From: an uncultured Gemmatimonadales bacterium | GTDB taxonomy: Bacteria; Gemmatimonadota; Gemmatimonadetes; Longimicrobiales; RSA9 | DNA: 64,000 bases | Direction: 5' to 3' | Assembly: GCA_963798085.1 (NCBI GenBank) | Contig: CAWCRS010000009.1 | Span: 31,525-95,524, forward strand | Part shown: positions 1 through 7,864 of the stretch, in pieces | Position numbering within the stretch: the first letter of the stretch is position 1 | Layout of the letters: each line of letters opens with the position of its first letter | The notes under the pieces: model-generated | Databases searched by the model: none | What the model saw: the letters and a program-made list of their open reading frames with translations, nothing else | What the model was told of the DNA's origin: nothing | Translations under genes and position numbers: made by a program

Positions 1-60
1 GGCGGTATCGCGCACTGGCTGCTGCACCGCGCGAACGTCCCGATACTCCCTGACAGCGCA

Positions 61-1527
61 CTAGCTGCTGGGTACGCTGAGCGACTTCATCAGGCGATAG
101 AGAAACTCGAGACCATCGAAGTACTCCTTCACGCCCATGCGCTCATCCTTGCCGTGCGCCCGGCTGTCATCAATGTCGCCGAACAGACCGGACACGCCGT
201 ACACCGGGATGCCGGCCTGTCGCAGGTACAGTCCATCCGTCGCACCTGTGCTCATCACCGGTACCACAGGCACACCCGGCCACATCTCCTGCGTGATGCG
301 CTCGATCGGCTGCATGATTTCCGCGGTCAGCGGCGAGGGTGGGCTCGGCTTGGCCGCGGCGATCGGTGCCACTGACACCTTGGAATCGGCGACGACGCGC
401 GTCAGCGTCCGCTGCACTTCCGCCGGATCTGTGCCGGGCAGGATGCGGCAGTTCACCGTGGCCCTCGCCATCTGCGGCAACGCGTTCTCCGCGTGTCCAC
501 CTTCCAGCATTGTGGCGACGCATGTGGTACGCATGAGCGCGTTGTAGTACGGCTGCGCGGACAGCCTGCGCACGGCTGCCGTGTCCGGCGTGGGCCGCGC
601 CACCGCTTTCATGTCCGCTGCCGTCTGTCCGCTTTCGATCGACGACATCCGCTCGAAGTACGTGCGCGTCACCTCGTTCAGCTGCAGCGGAAAATCGTAG
701 CGCGCGATACGCCCCAGCCCATCCGCGAGATGGTAGATGGCGTTGTCTTTCTCCGGGCGCGAGCTGTGACCACCCTTGTTGAGTGATTCCAGACGAAACG
801 ACTGGAACACCTTCTCGCTCGCCTGTACCGCGTTCAGCAGCCTGTGTCCGTTGCGGGTCTGGCCGCCGCCACCTTCGTTGAGTGCGTACGCGGCGGCGAT
901 CAGGTCGGGGTGATTCTGTCGCAGCCAGTCGACGCCGTTGTGCTGCCCGCCTTCTTCATCCGACGTGAGCGCCAGGACAATGTCGCGGTCCGGAACGATG
1001 CCTTCCCTGCGGAAGCGGATCAGGTTGGCGACGAAGATGGCCGCCATCGCCTTGTCGTCACTCGTGCCTCGCCCGTAGTACCAGCCATCCTTTTCCGTGA
1101 AGGTAAACGGGTCCAGCGTCCAGTCCTCACGTTTCGCTTCCACCACATCGAGGTGCGCCAGCAGCAGCAGCGGCTTGCGCCCCGCGTTCGCACCCCGCAG
1201 CCGGGCCACGAGGTTGCCCTTCCGCTCGACGGGTCCAAGAACCTGGACGTCTTCTTTCGGGAAGCCCGCTGCCAGCAGCCGCGCTGCCATGGCGTTCGCC
1301 GCACGCGTGTTGTCGCCGTTCGAGTCTGTCGTGTTGATCTCGATCAGCTCCTTGTAGATGTCACGCGCCAGCTGCTGCTGCGGGTTCAGCTGGAGGGTCT
1401 GCGCTGCACCGGCCGCGGGCGCGGCCACCGCAATGGCGCAGCAGGGGAGAGCGAGCGCCACCCGCCGGAAACGTGCAGCCGGCAAACGCCGCCGCACCAC
1501 CAGCGACACGACATGGGAGCAGGACAT
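61..1527 (-). CDS. M20/M25/M40 family metallopeptidase, secreted
   Basis: Motifs LLAHLDVV, GRGTSDDK, SDEE, NEGGG, GGHSS, GATDG, AHGKDER. Start placed at ATG 1527 behind AGGAGG; signal-peptide-like N-terminus. Confidence 0.92.
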   Translation of the reverse strand: MSCSHVVSLVVRRRLPAARFRRVALALPCCAIAVAAPAAGAAQTLQLNPQQQLARDIYKELIEINTTDSNGDNTRAANAMAARLLAAGFPKEDVQVLGPVERKGNLVARLRGANAGRKPLLLLAHLDVVEAKREDWTLDPFTFTEKDGWYYGRGTSDDKAMAAIFVANLIRFRREGIVPDRDIVLALTSDEEGGQHNGVDWLRQNHPDLIAAAYALNEGGGGQTRNGHRLLNAVQASEKVFQSFRLESLNKGGHSSRPEKDNAIYHLADGLGRIARYDFPLQLNEVTRTYFERMSSIESGQTAADMKAVARPTPDTAAVRRLSAQPYYNALMRTTCVATMLEGGHAENALPQMARATVNCRILPGTDPAEVQRTLTRVVADSKVSVAPIAAAKPSPPSPLTAEIMQPIERITQEMWPGVPVVPVMSTGATDGLYLRQAGIPVYGVSGLFGDIDDSRAHGKDERMGVKEYFDGLEFLYRLMKSLSVPSS

Positions 1528-1592
1528 GTTGGGAGGCCTCCTGATGGGTTCGCTGGAGGATGCCTCGGGGGTGGAGGGTGACGCAACGCCGT

Positions 1593-1842
1593 CGGACCGT
1601 CTTGGCGTTCTTGGCTTTGGCCCAAAACACCTATCCACTGGGTGGGGCGCCGTGCCTTCCAGGCATATTGGCGACCCGCGGTGCCATGGAATTCTCGGCC
1701 GCACAGGCTAGAGTTCCTCTCGCATGGCGCAGAAAGGCCCGCGTTTCCCGAGGGTTTCGCGGGCGTTATGCCTTCCCGGAAGTCGGTTCGGGTCACATCG
1801 ATAGTCGGATGGCGCACAACCCAAGAACGCCAAGACGGTCCG
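1593..1842. repeat. Perfect 22-bp inverted repeat pair bounding 250 bp (REPIN/MITE-like)
   Basis: CGGACCGTCTTGGCGTTCTTGG at 1593-1614 and its exact reverse complement at 1821-1842; related copies at 62931-63140. Confidence 0.85.
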
Positions 1843-1878
1843 GGTACTATATTCCGCGCACCCACAACCCATGGACCA

Positions 1879-2967
1879 ATGAACCCGAAAACGCGACTTC
1901 TCGTCATGACTGCCGGCCTGCTGCTGGCCGGCTCCGCTGCCGCGCAGCAGACACCCGCGCGCTGGACGCTTGCACCCTCGCTCATGCCCCAGAACTCGGG
2001 CACGCGCGCCTCCTTCATTGCCGTGTACGTGGTGAGCCGCGACACGGTCTGGGCCGCGGGCGCCCAGGGCACGTTCGCGCGCACCACCGATGGCGGCGTC
2101 ACCTGGCACGCCGCCGTCGTACCGCACGCCGATTCCCTCGCCTTCCGCGATGTCCACGCCATCAACGGCACCACTGCATGGCTGCTCAGCATCGGCAACG
2201 GCAGCGCCTCCCGCATCTACCACACGCGCGATGGCGGCGCCACCTGGACCCTGCAGTTCACCAACACCGATAACAAGGCGTTCTACGACTGCTTCAGCTT
2301 CTGGGATGCGGCGCATGGCATGGCCTTCAGCGATTCCCACGATGGCGCGTTTTCCATTGTCGCAACGGACAACGGTGGCGTCAGCTGGAACCTGCTGCCG
2401 GGCGCAGCGCTGCCTGCCGCGCATGAGGGCGAGGGCGGCTTCGCCTCCAGCGGCACCTGCCTGGTCACGCGCGGCAGCGCCACGGCCTGGATCGGCACGG
2501 GCGCCAGCGCGGGCGGCGCACGGGTGTTGCGCACCACGGATCGCGGCCGCACCTGGACCGTCGCGGAAACACCCATTGTGAAGGGGAGCAGCGCCGGCAT
2601 TACCACGCTCGCGTTCCGCGACGCGCAGAACGGCATGGCGCTGGGCGGCGACATCGGCAACGGCGCCTCGCACACGGATAACGCTGCTGTTACCCGCAAT
2701 GGCGGCGCGCACTGGACCCTGGCGCAGGGGCCGCCTTTCGCCGGCGCCGTCTACGGCTCGGCGTTCGTACCGGGCGCGCCTCGCCCCACACTCGTAGCCG
2801 TGGGACCGGGTGGACTGGCCGTCACCACCAATGACGCCGCCACCTGGATGCCCATCGACACGCTCAACCACTGGGGCGTCGGCTTCGCTGCACCGGATGC
2901 AGGCTTTGCCGTGGGCCCGCGCGGCCGCATCACGCACATCACGCTGTTCAAGCGCACAGGATCGTAG
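1879..2967 (+). CDS. Secreted BNR/Asp-box beta-propeller (Ycf48-like)
   Basis: Repeated TxDGGxTW Asp-boxes; signal peptide MNPKTRLLVMTAGLLLAGSAAA. Confidence 0.88.
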   Translation: MNPKTRLLVMTAGLLLAGSAAAQQTPARWTLAPSLMPQNSGTRASFIAVYVVSRDTVWAAGAQGTFARTTDGGVTWHAAVVPHADSLAFRDVHAINGTTAWLLSIGNGSASRIYHTRDGGATWTLQFTNTDNKAFYDCFSFWDAAHGMAFSDSHDGAFSIVATDNGGVSWNLLPGAALPAAHEGEGGFASSGTCLVTRGSATAWIGTGASAGGARVLRTTDRGRTWTVAETPIVKGSSAGITTLAFRDAQNGMALGGDIGNGASHTDNAAVTRNGGAHWTLAQGPPFAGAVYGSAFVPGAPRPTLVAVGPGGLAVTTNDAATWMPIDTLNHWGVGFAAPDAGFAVGPRGRITHITLFKRTGS

Positions 2968-3280
2968 CGGGCGCGATCCGCTAACCGTGCATTTCGCCGC
3001 CCGCGATCCGGCCGGCTGGATCCCGGCAGGTCGAGGTCTGCGGAAGCGCCGGTGTCGCCACGGTCCACGTTTGTGTCGCGGGGCAGGACGCACCGGCCCG
3101 TTCCGCGTCGAGAGCAGTGGGCGCCGGGCCGTGCGCTCGGCGGAGGCCGGGATGACCGCCTGCTGGGCCGGTGCGGGAACTGCGCGCGGTTCGGCTATCC
3201 CCGGCACGACCGTGAGCCGCTGTTCTCGAGGCGCAGCGAAGGCCCGCGGCACTCGCAGGCGCTGATCGGATGACAACCGA

Positions 3281-3808
3281 TCAGGAGATCGCTACCATGG
3301 CCGCCGCCCACCCGCTCGCATCCTCGTCCTGTCGGATGGCATGGCTCATGTCCACCGCGAGCATCGAGCCTTCGAGCTTCAGGTTGTAGCGGTCCATGCC
3401 GCGTGTCGCGCGTCCGGAAATGAAGGTGCCATCCGGCTGGTACTTCGACTTGTGCTTGGGACACTGGAAGCGCTGATCCTGCTCCAGCCAGCGCAGCATG
3501 GTGTGCTGATGCGGACAGGAAAGCGCGAACGCGTACGCCGCGCCGTGATAGCGCACCAGAATCAGCTCATGATCACGATCGATGCTGGCGCCATCCGTTG
3601 CCGGTACGGGGAACATGACGTCCTGTGATCCGCGCACTCGCCCGTGCGTCCAGCGCACCGGCATGCCCGTCGCTTCCGCCGGGCGCGCGCCCAGGACCAC
3701 CAGCAAAGCCGCCGCGACGCCCACGGCATCGCGCACGAAATCACGCCGCGTGACATCACCACTGCAGGCGCCGCAAACCTCGTCCTCGTGTTTCGACCGC
3801 TCCATCAT
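3281..3808 (-). CDS. Rieske [2Fe-2S] protein with Tat-like signal
   Basis: CPHQ...CPKH ligand motifs; TRRDFV followed by a hydrophobic segment. Confidence 0.88.
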   Translation of the reverse strand: MMERSKHEDEVCGACSGDVTRRDFVRDAVGVAAALLVVLGARPAEATGMPVRWTHGRVRGSQDVMFPVPATDGASIDRDHELILVRYHGAAYAFALSCPHQHTMLRWLEQDQRFQCPKHKSKYQPDGTFISGRATRGMDRYNLKLEGSMLAVDMSHAIRQDEDASGWAAAMVAIS

Positions 3809-3920
3809 CGACTCCGCTCCTCGCTGCCACCTCGTCATTGACCGCGGATCAACCCGCGTTCCCGTGTCGCCCGCAGCTGCCTCGCGTGCGCTCGTGCGCG
3901 CCCGCTGCGCCGTTTACGGA

Positions 3921-3990
3921 TTCAGGCGACGATGCTTCGTCGCCTCTGCACCGCTTTCAGGCAATGATGCGTCCTCGCCTCTGCACCGCG
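3921..3990. repeat. Two tandem ~35-bp units with AGGCGACG-N6-CGTCGCCT hairpin (REP-like)
   Basis: TTCAGGCGACGATGCTTCGTCGCCTCTGCACCGC followed by a degenerate second copy; similar sequence near 15117-15156. Confidence 0.65.
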
Positions 3991-4018
3991 TGCCAACGCC
4001 TTCCGTCCAAACCCGGCG

Positions 4019-4696
4019 TCAGTCGCGCCGGAAGGGCGGTATCATCATCAGCCAGCTCACCACAGCCGCGCTCATCAATGTGATCGCGAGCGTACGGTGC
4101 GTGCTGATGTTGCCGCCCCCTTCGCGACGGAACCCGAACCCCTCATGCTCCGATTCACCCACAGTCGCGGCCGTGAGGGCAAGCCGGCGCCGGCCGCCAG
4201 CATCAGCAGGCTGTGCGCTGTGCGCCAGCGCCGACCGCTGGGGTCGTGCCTCGCCTCGAGCAGGTTCAAACCGCCTGTTACCGTGTTCACCACGAACAGC
4301 CCGCCGATCGCGGCCGCCAGTGGCCCGTGGCTGTCGCGCGCCCAGCCCGGTGCGCTGCGGCACATTCTTCCGCAACTCTTCTCCCGCTGCGAACTGCGCC
4401 ACGAAGAGCGGCAGCATTGCATAACTCGCCCAGCGGTGAATGGTGAGCCGGGTGCCATACGCATCCGAATACTCGAACAGCTTCTGCTGGTCCGTGTCCG
4501 CGGCCATGGGCCGAGGCGCCCGCGCGAATCGGTCCGGACCTGCCGTGCGGTACGCCAGCGGCCGGCACACCGTGGCCGCCGGGGTACCGCACGCCCTTGC
4601 CCTGCCGGTGTCCGCGGCCGCCGTCAACGCCCACGCCAGCGCCAGCACTACCATATCAGCCTGCTCCTCGTTCGACGGTGCGCGTCCCGCCCGCAC
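4019..4696 (-). CDS. Membrane protein with His-bearing helices; two compensating frameshifts
   Basis: YSDAYGTRLTIHRWASYAMLPLF continues as SHGPLAAAIGGLFVVNTVTGG...TAHSLLMLAA in another frame, then returns to THRTLAITLMS. Confidence 0.6.
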   Translation of the reverse strand: MRAGRAPSNEEQADMVVLALAWALTAAADTGRARACGTPAATVCRPLAYRTAGPDRFARAPRPMAADTDQQKLFEYSDAYGTRLTIHRWASYAMLPLFVAQFAAGEELRKNVPQRTGLGARQPRATGGRDRRAVRGEHGNRRFEPARGEARPQRSALAHSAQPADAGGRRRLALTAATVGESEHEGFGFRREGGGNISTHRTLAITLMSAAVVSWLMMIPPFRRD

Positions 4697-4872
4697 CCTT
4701 CACTCCTGTCCCCGCCTCCCAGACACCCGGACCCGCAACTGGCCCCTACGATCGGCGTCGGCGTCGCATGATGGAAGGCGCGCACGGAGCGGCCAGACTC
4801 GTGATCGGCGGCAAGCGTCCCGCGTTTCGGCCGCGCCGGGAGGCTGTCGCAGGACCTTCTCGGGGTCGATCG

Positions 4873-4922
4873 TGTAATATATTGTGAAATGATAACTTAG
4901 AGATGTGGGTATGCTCCTTGCA
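4873..4922 (+). promoter_or_regulatory. Putative sigma54 (-24/-12) promoter with AT-rich upstream element
   Basis: GGGTATGCTCCTTGCA: GG at 4908-4909 and GC at 4920-4921 with 10-bp spacing; AT-rich TGTAATATATTGTGAAATGATAACTTAG upstream. Confidence 0.55.
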
Positions 4923-4988
4923 CAAGTCGGGAGCGCGTCGGGTTACGACGCAGTAACAGTCGCGGCCAAGGCCGCAAAGGGGGGAAGC

Positions 4989-5906
4989 ATGGCACACCGT
5001 AACGGGGCTGCTCGCTGGACGTCTCTGGTGCTCGCTGCAGGCCTGGCTGGCCTGACGGCTTGCGGCCCATCCAAGGAAGTGCAGCGGCAGCTGGCCGAGC
5101 TGCAGACCGTCTCCGCAGAGAAAGACAGCCTGCTCGCGCAGGTGGCGGACGATTCCCGCCTCATGAGCGAGTTGAGCGCCGAAGTCGCGCGTGTGCAGCC
5201 CGCCAATGCCGCGGGTGTGCAGGAAGTCTCCGGCACGCCGGACCGCGAGACCATGCTCAAGAACATCAAGGACATGACGGCGCGCGTGCAGTCGAGCGAA
5301 ACGCGCCTGGCGGAGAGTCAGAAGCGCATTGCCGCACTGAGCCGTGAATCCAAGACGCAGCAGGGCAAGCTGGACGAGCTTCAGAAGATGGTGACCGATT
5401 TCCAGACCACGATCGACAATCAGAAGCAGACCATCTCGTCGCTCACCGAGCAGGTGAACAGCCTGCAGCAGCAGAACGTGCAGCTGGTGGCGCAGAATCA
5501 GGATCTGACCACCCACACCACAGAGCTGACGCAGACGGTTGCGGACATGACCGCGCGTGACAACACGGCGTACTACGTGGTGGGCCGCAAGGACGATCTG
5601 GTCAAACAGGGTGTTATCACGGAGCAGGGTGGGGGCCGCGTGCTGTTCGTATTCGGCAAGCATGGCAAGACCATCGTGCCCAGCCGCGATCTCGATCCGT
5701 CGACGCTCACGAAGATCGACCGCACCGAGACCACGACGATCCCGCTGCCCGACGCGGACAAGCAGTACCGCATCGTGTCGCTGCAGGATCTGTCGGCGCT
5801 GTCCACGCCGCCCAATGACAAGGGCCGTCTCAAGGGCGAGATCCGCATCGCGGACCCCGACAAGTTCTGGGCGAACAGCAAGGTGCTGATCGTCGTACAG
5901 TCGTAA
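4989..5906 (+). CDS. Coiled-coil lipoprotein (Cbp1-like C-terminal domain)
   Basis: Lipobox LTAC, long heptad region, then NTAYYVVGRKDDLVKQGVI...IRIADPDKFWANSKVLIVV. Confidence 0.75.
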   Translation: MAHRNGAARWTSLVLAAGLAGLTACGPSKEVQRQLAELQTVSAEKDSLLAQVADDSRLMSELSAEVARVQPANAAGVQEVSGTPDRETMLKNIKDMTARVQSSETRLAESQKRIAALSRESKTQQGKLDELQKMVTDFQTTIDNQKQTISSLTEQVNSLQQQNVQLVAQNQDLTTHTTELTQTVADMTARDNTAYYVVGRKDDLVKQGVITEQGGGRVLFVFGKHGKTIVPSRDLDPSTLTKIDRTETTTIPLPDADKQYRIVSLQDLSALSTPPNDKGRLKGEIRIADPDKFWANSKVLIVVQS

Positions 5907-5929
5907 CCCCGAGGGGGAACGCGTGAGGC

Positions 5930-5970
5930 AGGCCCTCCGGCGATTGCGGTCGCCGGAGGGCTTCGCGTTT
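5930..5970 (+). terminator. Intrinsic terminator hairpin
   Basis: AGGCCCTCCGGCGA-TTGCGG-TCGCCGGAGGGCTT then CGCGTTTT, between convergent genes. Confidence 0.65.
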
Positions 5971-6086
5971 TCGGGGTGCAGAGCCGGCACCCTGCAGCCC
6001 GCAGGCTCGCACCGGACTCGCACCGCTTCACGAGTTCCCGCACCGGGATCGCTCGCGAAAAAGCACACCAGCGCTCTGACACGCTG

Positions 6087-7157
6087 TTATCCGGGCGGCG
6101 ACTGCTGCTGGATGCGTCGGGAGAAGCGCAGTACCTCCTCGAACAGCGCAGTCATGATATCCGCGTCGATGCCGGCCGCCTCCGCCCAGGCGCGGCGTTC
6201 GCTCAGCAGCTGCGCCTCGCGCCGCAGGTCGCGGACACCCACGCCCAGACTGGCCTTGGCCCGGCCCGCCCGCCGCGCCAGCCACGCCCGCCGCGAAAGC
6301 AGCGCCACGATTTCGCGGTCCACATCGTCGATCAGGTCCCGCACTTCACGGATTTCAGGCGACGCTTCGCCCAGATCGGGAATCGCCAGCGGCCCGGCCT
6401 GCGTCTCGTCCGCCGTCGGCCCCGCCTCCGCCAGGTTGCGGTCGATCTCGGCCAGCGTATCGAGGAAGCGACGGCGCACTTCCGGCGCGTACGGGTTGTC
6501 CAGGTGCAGGGCCGCGAACAGGTGGCCGGCATCCGAACGTACCGCTTCCACGGTGCGCAGGATGGCACGCGACGAGGGTGGCGCATTCTCCGTATCCAGG
6601 CGCATGCCCGAGTCGATCATGCCCTTCGCCACGAAGTATGCCAGTGCGTGCGTTTCCGCCATGATGCGGTCGTGCGTCTCCGCATCCAGCTCCGTCACCA
6701 CACAGCCAATCGCGTGGAACAGTGCGCGCGCACGCTGCGTCGCCGGTGCCTGCGATCCCTCCGCAGCCGGTGTCAGCACGACGCGCAGCGGGCGCTCGCC
6801 CAGCGTCAGGCTGGTCGGTCCGAACAGCGGGTGCGACCCGATCCACGGCACGGCATCGCCCAGCACTTCCGCCATCGCCCGGAGCGGCAGCGTCTTCACG
6901 CTGCCCACGTCCAGCACCAGATGGCCCGCCCCCAGGTGCGGCCTCGCCTCGAGCAGCGCTCGCCGCATCGCGCCAATGGGCACCGCCAGCACGATGACAC
7001 TGCTGGCCGCCGCCAGCTCGGCCGGCGAGGCCGCGCCCACCGCACCCGCTACGCCGGCAGCGTCGTAGGCGCGCACGGCAAAGCCCGATTCCGCGAACAG
7101 CTCTCCCAGCGCGTGGCCGAACCTGCCGTAGCCAATGAACCCCACCGTTTCCTGCAA
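6087..7157 (-). CDS. tyrA: Prephenate/arogenate dehydrogenase fused to C-terminal AroQ-type chorismate mutase
   Basis: GFIGYGRFG Rossmann motif, DVGSVK, SHPLFGP, HDRIMA; C-terminal IREVRDLIDDVDREIVALLSRR...RDLRRE. Confidence 0.85.
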   Translation of the reverse strand: MQETVGFIGYGRFGHALGELFAESGFAVRAYDAAGVAGAVGAASPAELAAASSVIVLAVPIGAMRRALLEARPHLGAGHLVLDVGSVKTLPLRAMAEVLGDAVPWIGSHPLFGPTSLTLGERPLRVVLTPAAEGSQAPATQRARALFHAIGCVVTELDAETHDRIMAETHALAYFVAKGMIDSGMRLDTENAPPSSRAILRTVEAVRSDAGHLFAALHLDNPYAPEVRRRFLDTLAEIDRNLAEAGPTADETQAGPLAIPDLGEASPEIREVRDLIDDVDREIVALLSRRAWLARRAGRAKASLGVGVRDLRREAQLLSERRAWAEAAGIDADIMTALFEEVLRFSRRIQQQSPPG

Positions 7158-7372
7158 AGCCTCGCTCCCGTGGCGTCGTGTTGTCGAGCGCCCGCCAAGC
7201 TAGCGTGCGGGCGGTTTCGGATGAAGCGACCAACGGCGCATCGCCAGCTGTCATGAAGAAGCTGCCATGCCAGTGTCTGCACAGCAGGGCGCGGCACCGG
7301 CGCAGCGTCCGGCTCCAGGCAGTCGACCGGAAAGCGGCCTGCGTGGTCGTCCGCTGTTGCGGGTAGCGGGCA

Positions 7373-7436
7373 TCTACGGAAAAAGCAGTTGACAGGCCCG
7401 CAGCGCCGGCCTATCTTCTACGGGAATTTCAGTAGA
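7373..7436 (+). promoter_or_regulatory. sigma70 promoter overlapped by two BlaI-type operator palindromes
   Basis: TTGACA (7389-7394)-17 bp-TATCTT (7412-7417); TCTACGGAAAAAGCAGTTGA (7373-7392) and TCTACGGGAATTTCAGTAGA (7417-7436). Confidence 0.75.
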
Positions 7437-7453
7437 CACGCCGGAAGGACACC

Positions 7454-7864
7454 ATGCCCGGATCAGGACGCAGAAAGAAACGGCTGTTCACCAACCGTGA
7501 GCTGGATGTGATGAGCATCCTCTGGCAGCTCGGACCTTCGACGGTGAGCGAGGTGCGCGAGCACCTGCCGGACGAGCTGGCGTACACATCCGTACTCTCG
7601 GCCCTGCAGACCCTGGAAGAAAAGGGTTATGTGGGTCACGAGGTGGAAGGGCGCGCTTACCGTTATCGCGCGGCTGTGGAGCCGGAGGAAGCGGGCCGCA
7701 ATGCATTGGGGCGCATTCTGGACAAGGTATTCCACGGGTCGGCGGAGACACTGCTGGCCCGGCTCGTGGAGGAGCGGGAGCTGTCGCGTCCGGAGCTGGA
7801 GCGCATGCGGCAGCTGCTGGAGGAGCAACTGAGGAAGGCGAAGAACCCTCGGAGGTCCCGATGA
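7454..7864 (+). CDS. BlaI/MecI/CopY family transcriptional repressor
   Basis: RELDVMSILWQLGPSTVSEV, LAYTSVLSALQTLEEKGYV, GRAYRY; ATGA overlap with the M56 gene. Confidence 0.95.
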   Translation: MPGSGRRKKRLFTNRELDVMSILWQLGPSTVSEVREHLPDELAYTSVLSALQTLEEKGYVGHEVEGRAYRYRAAVEPEEAGRNALGRILDKVFHGSAETLLARLVEERELSRPELERMRQLLEEQLRKAKNPRRSR

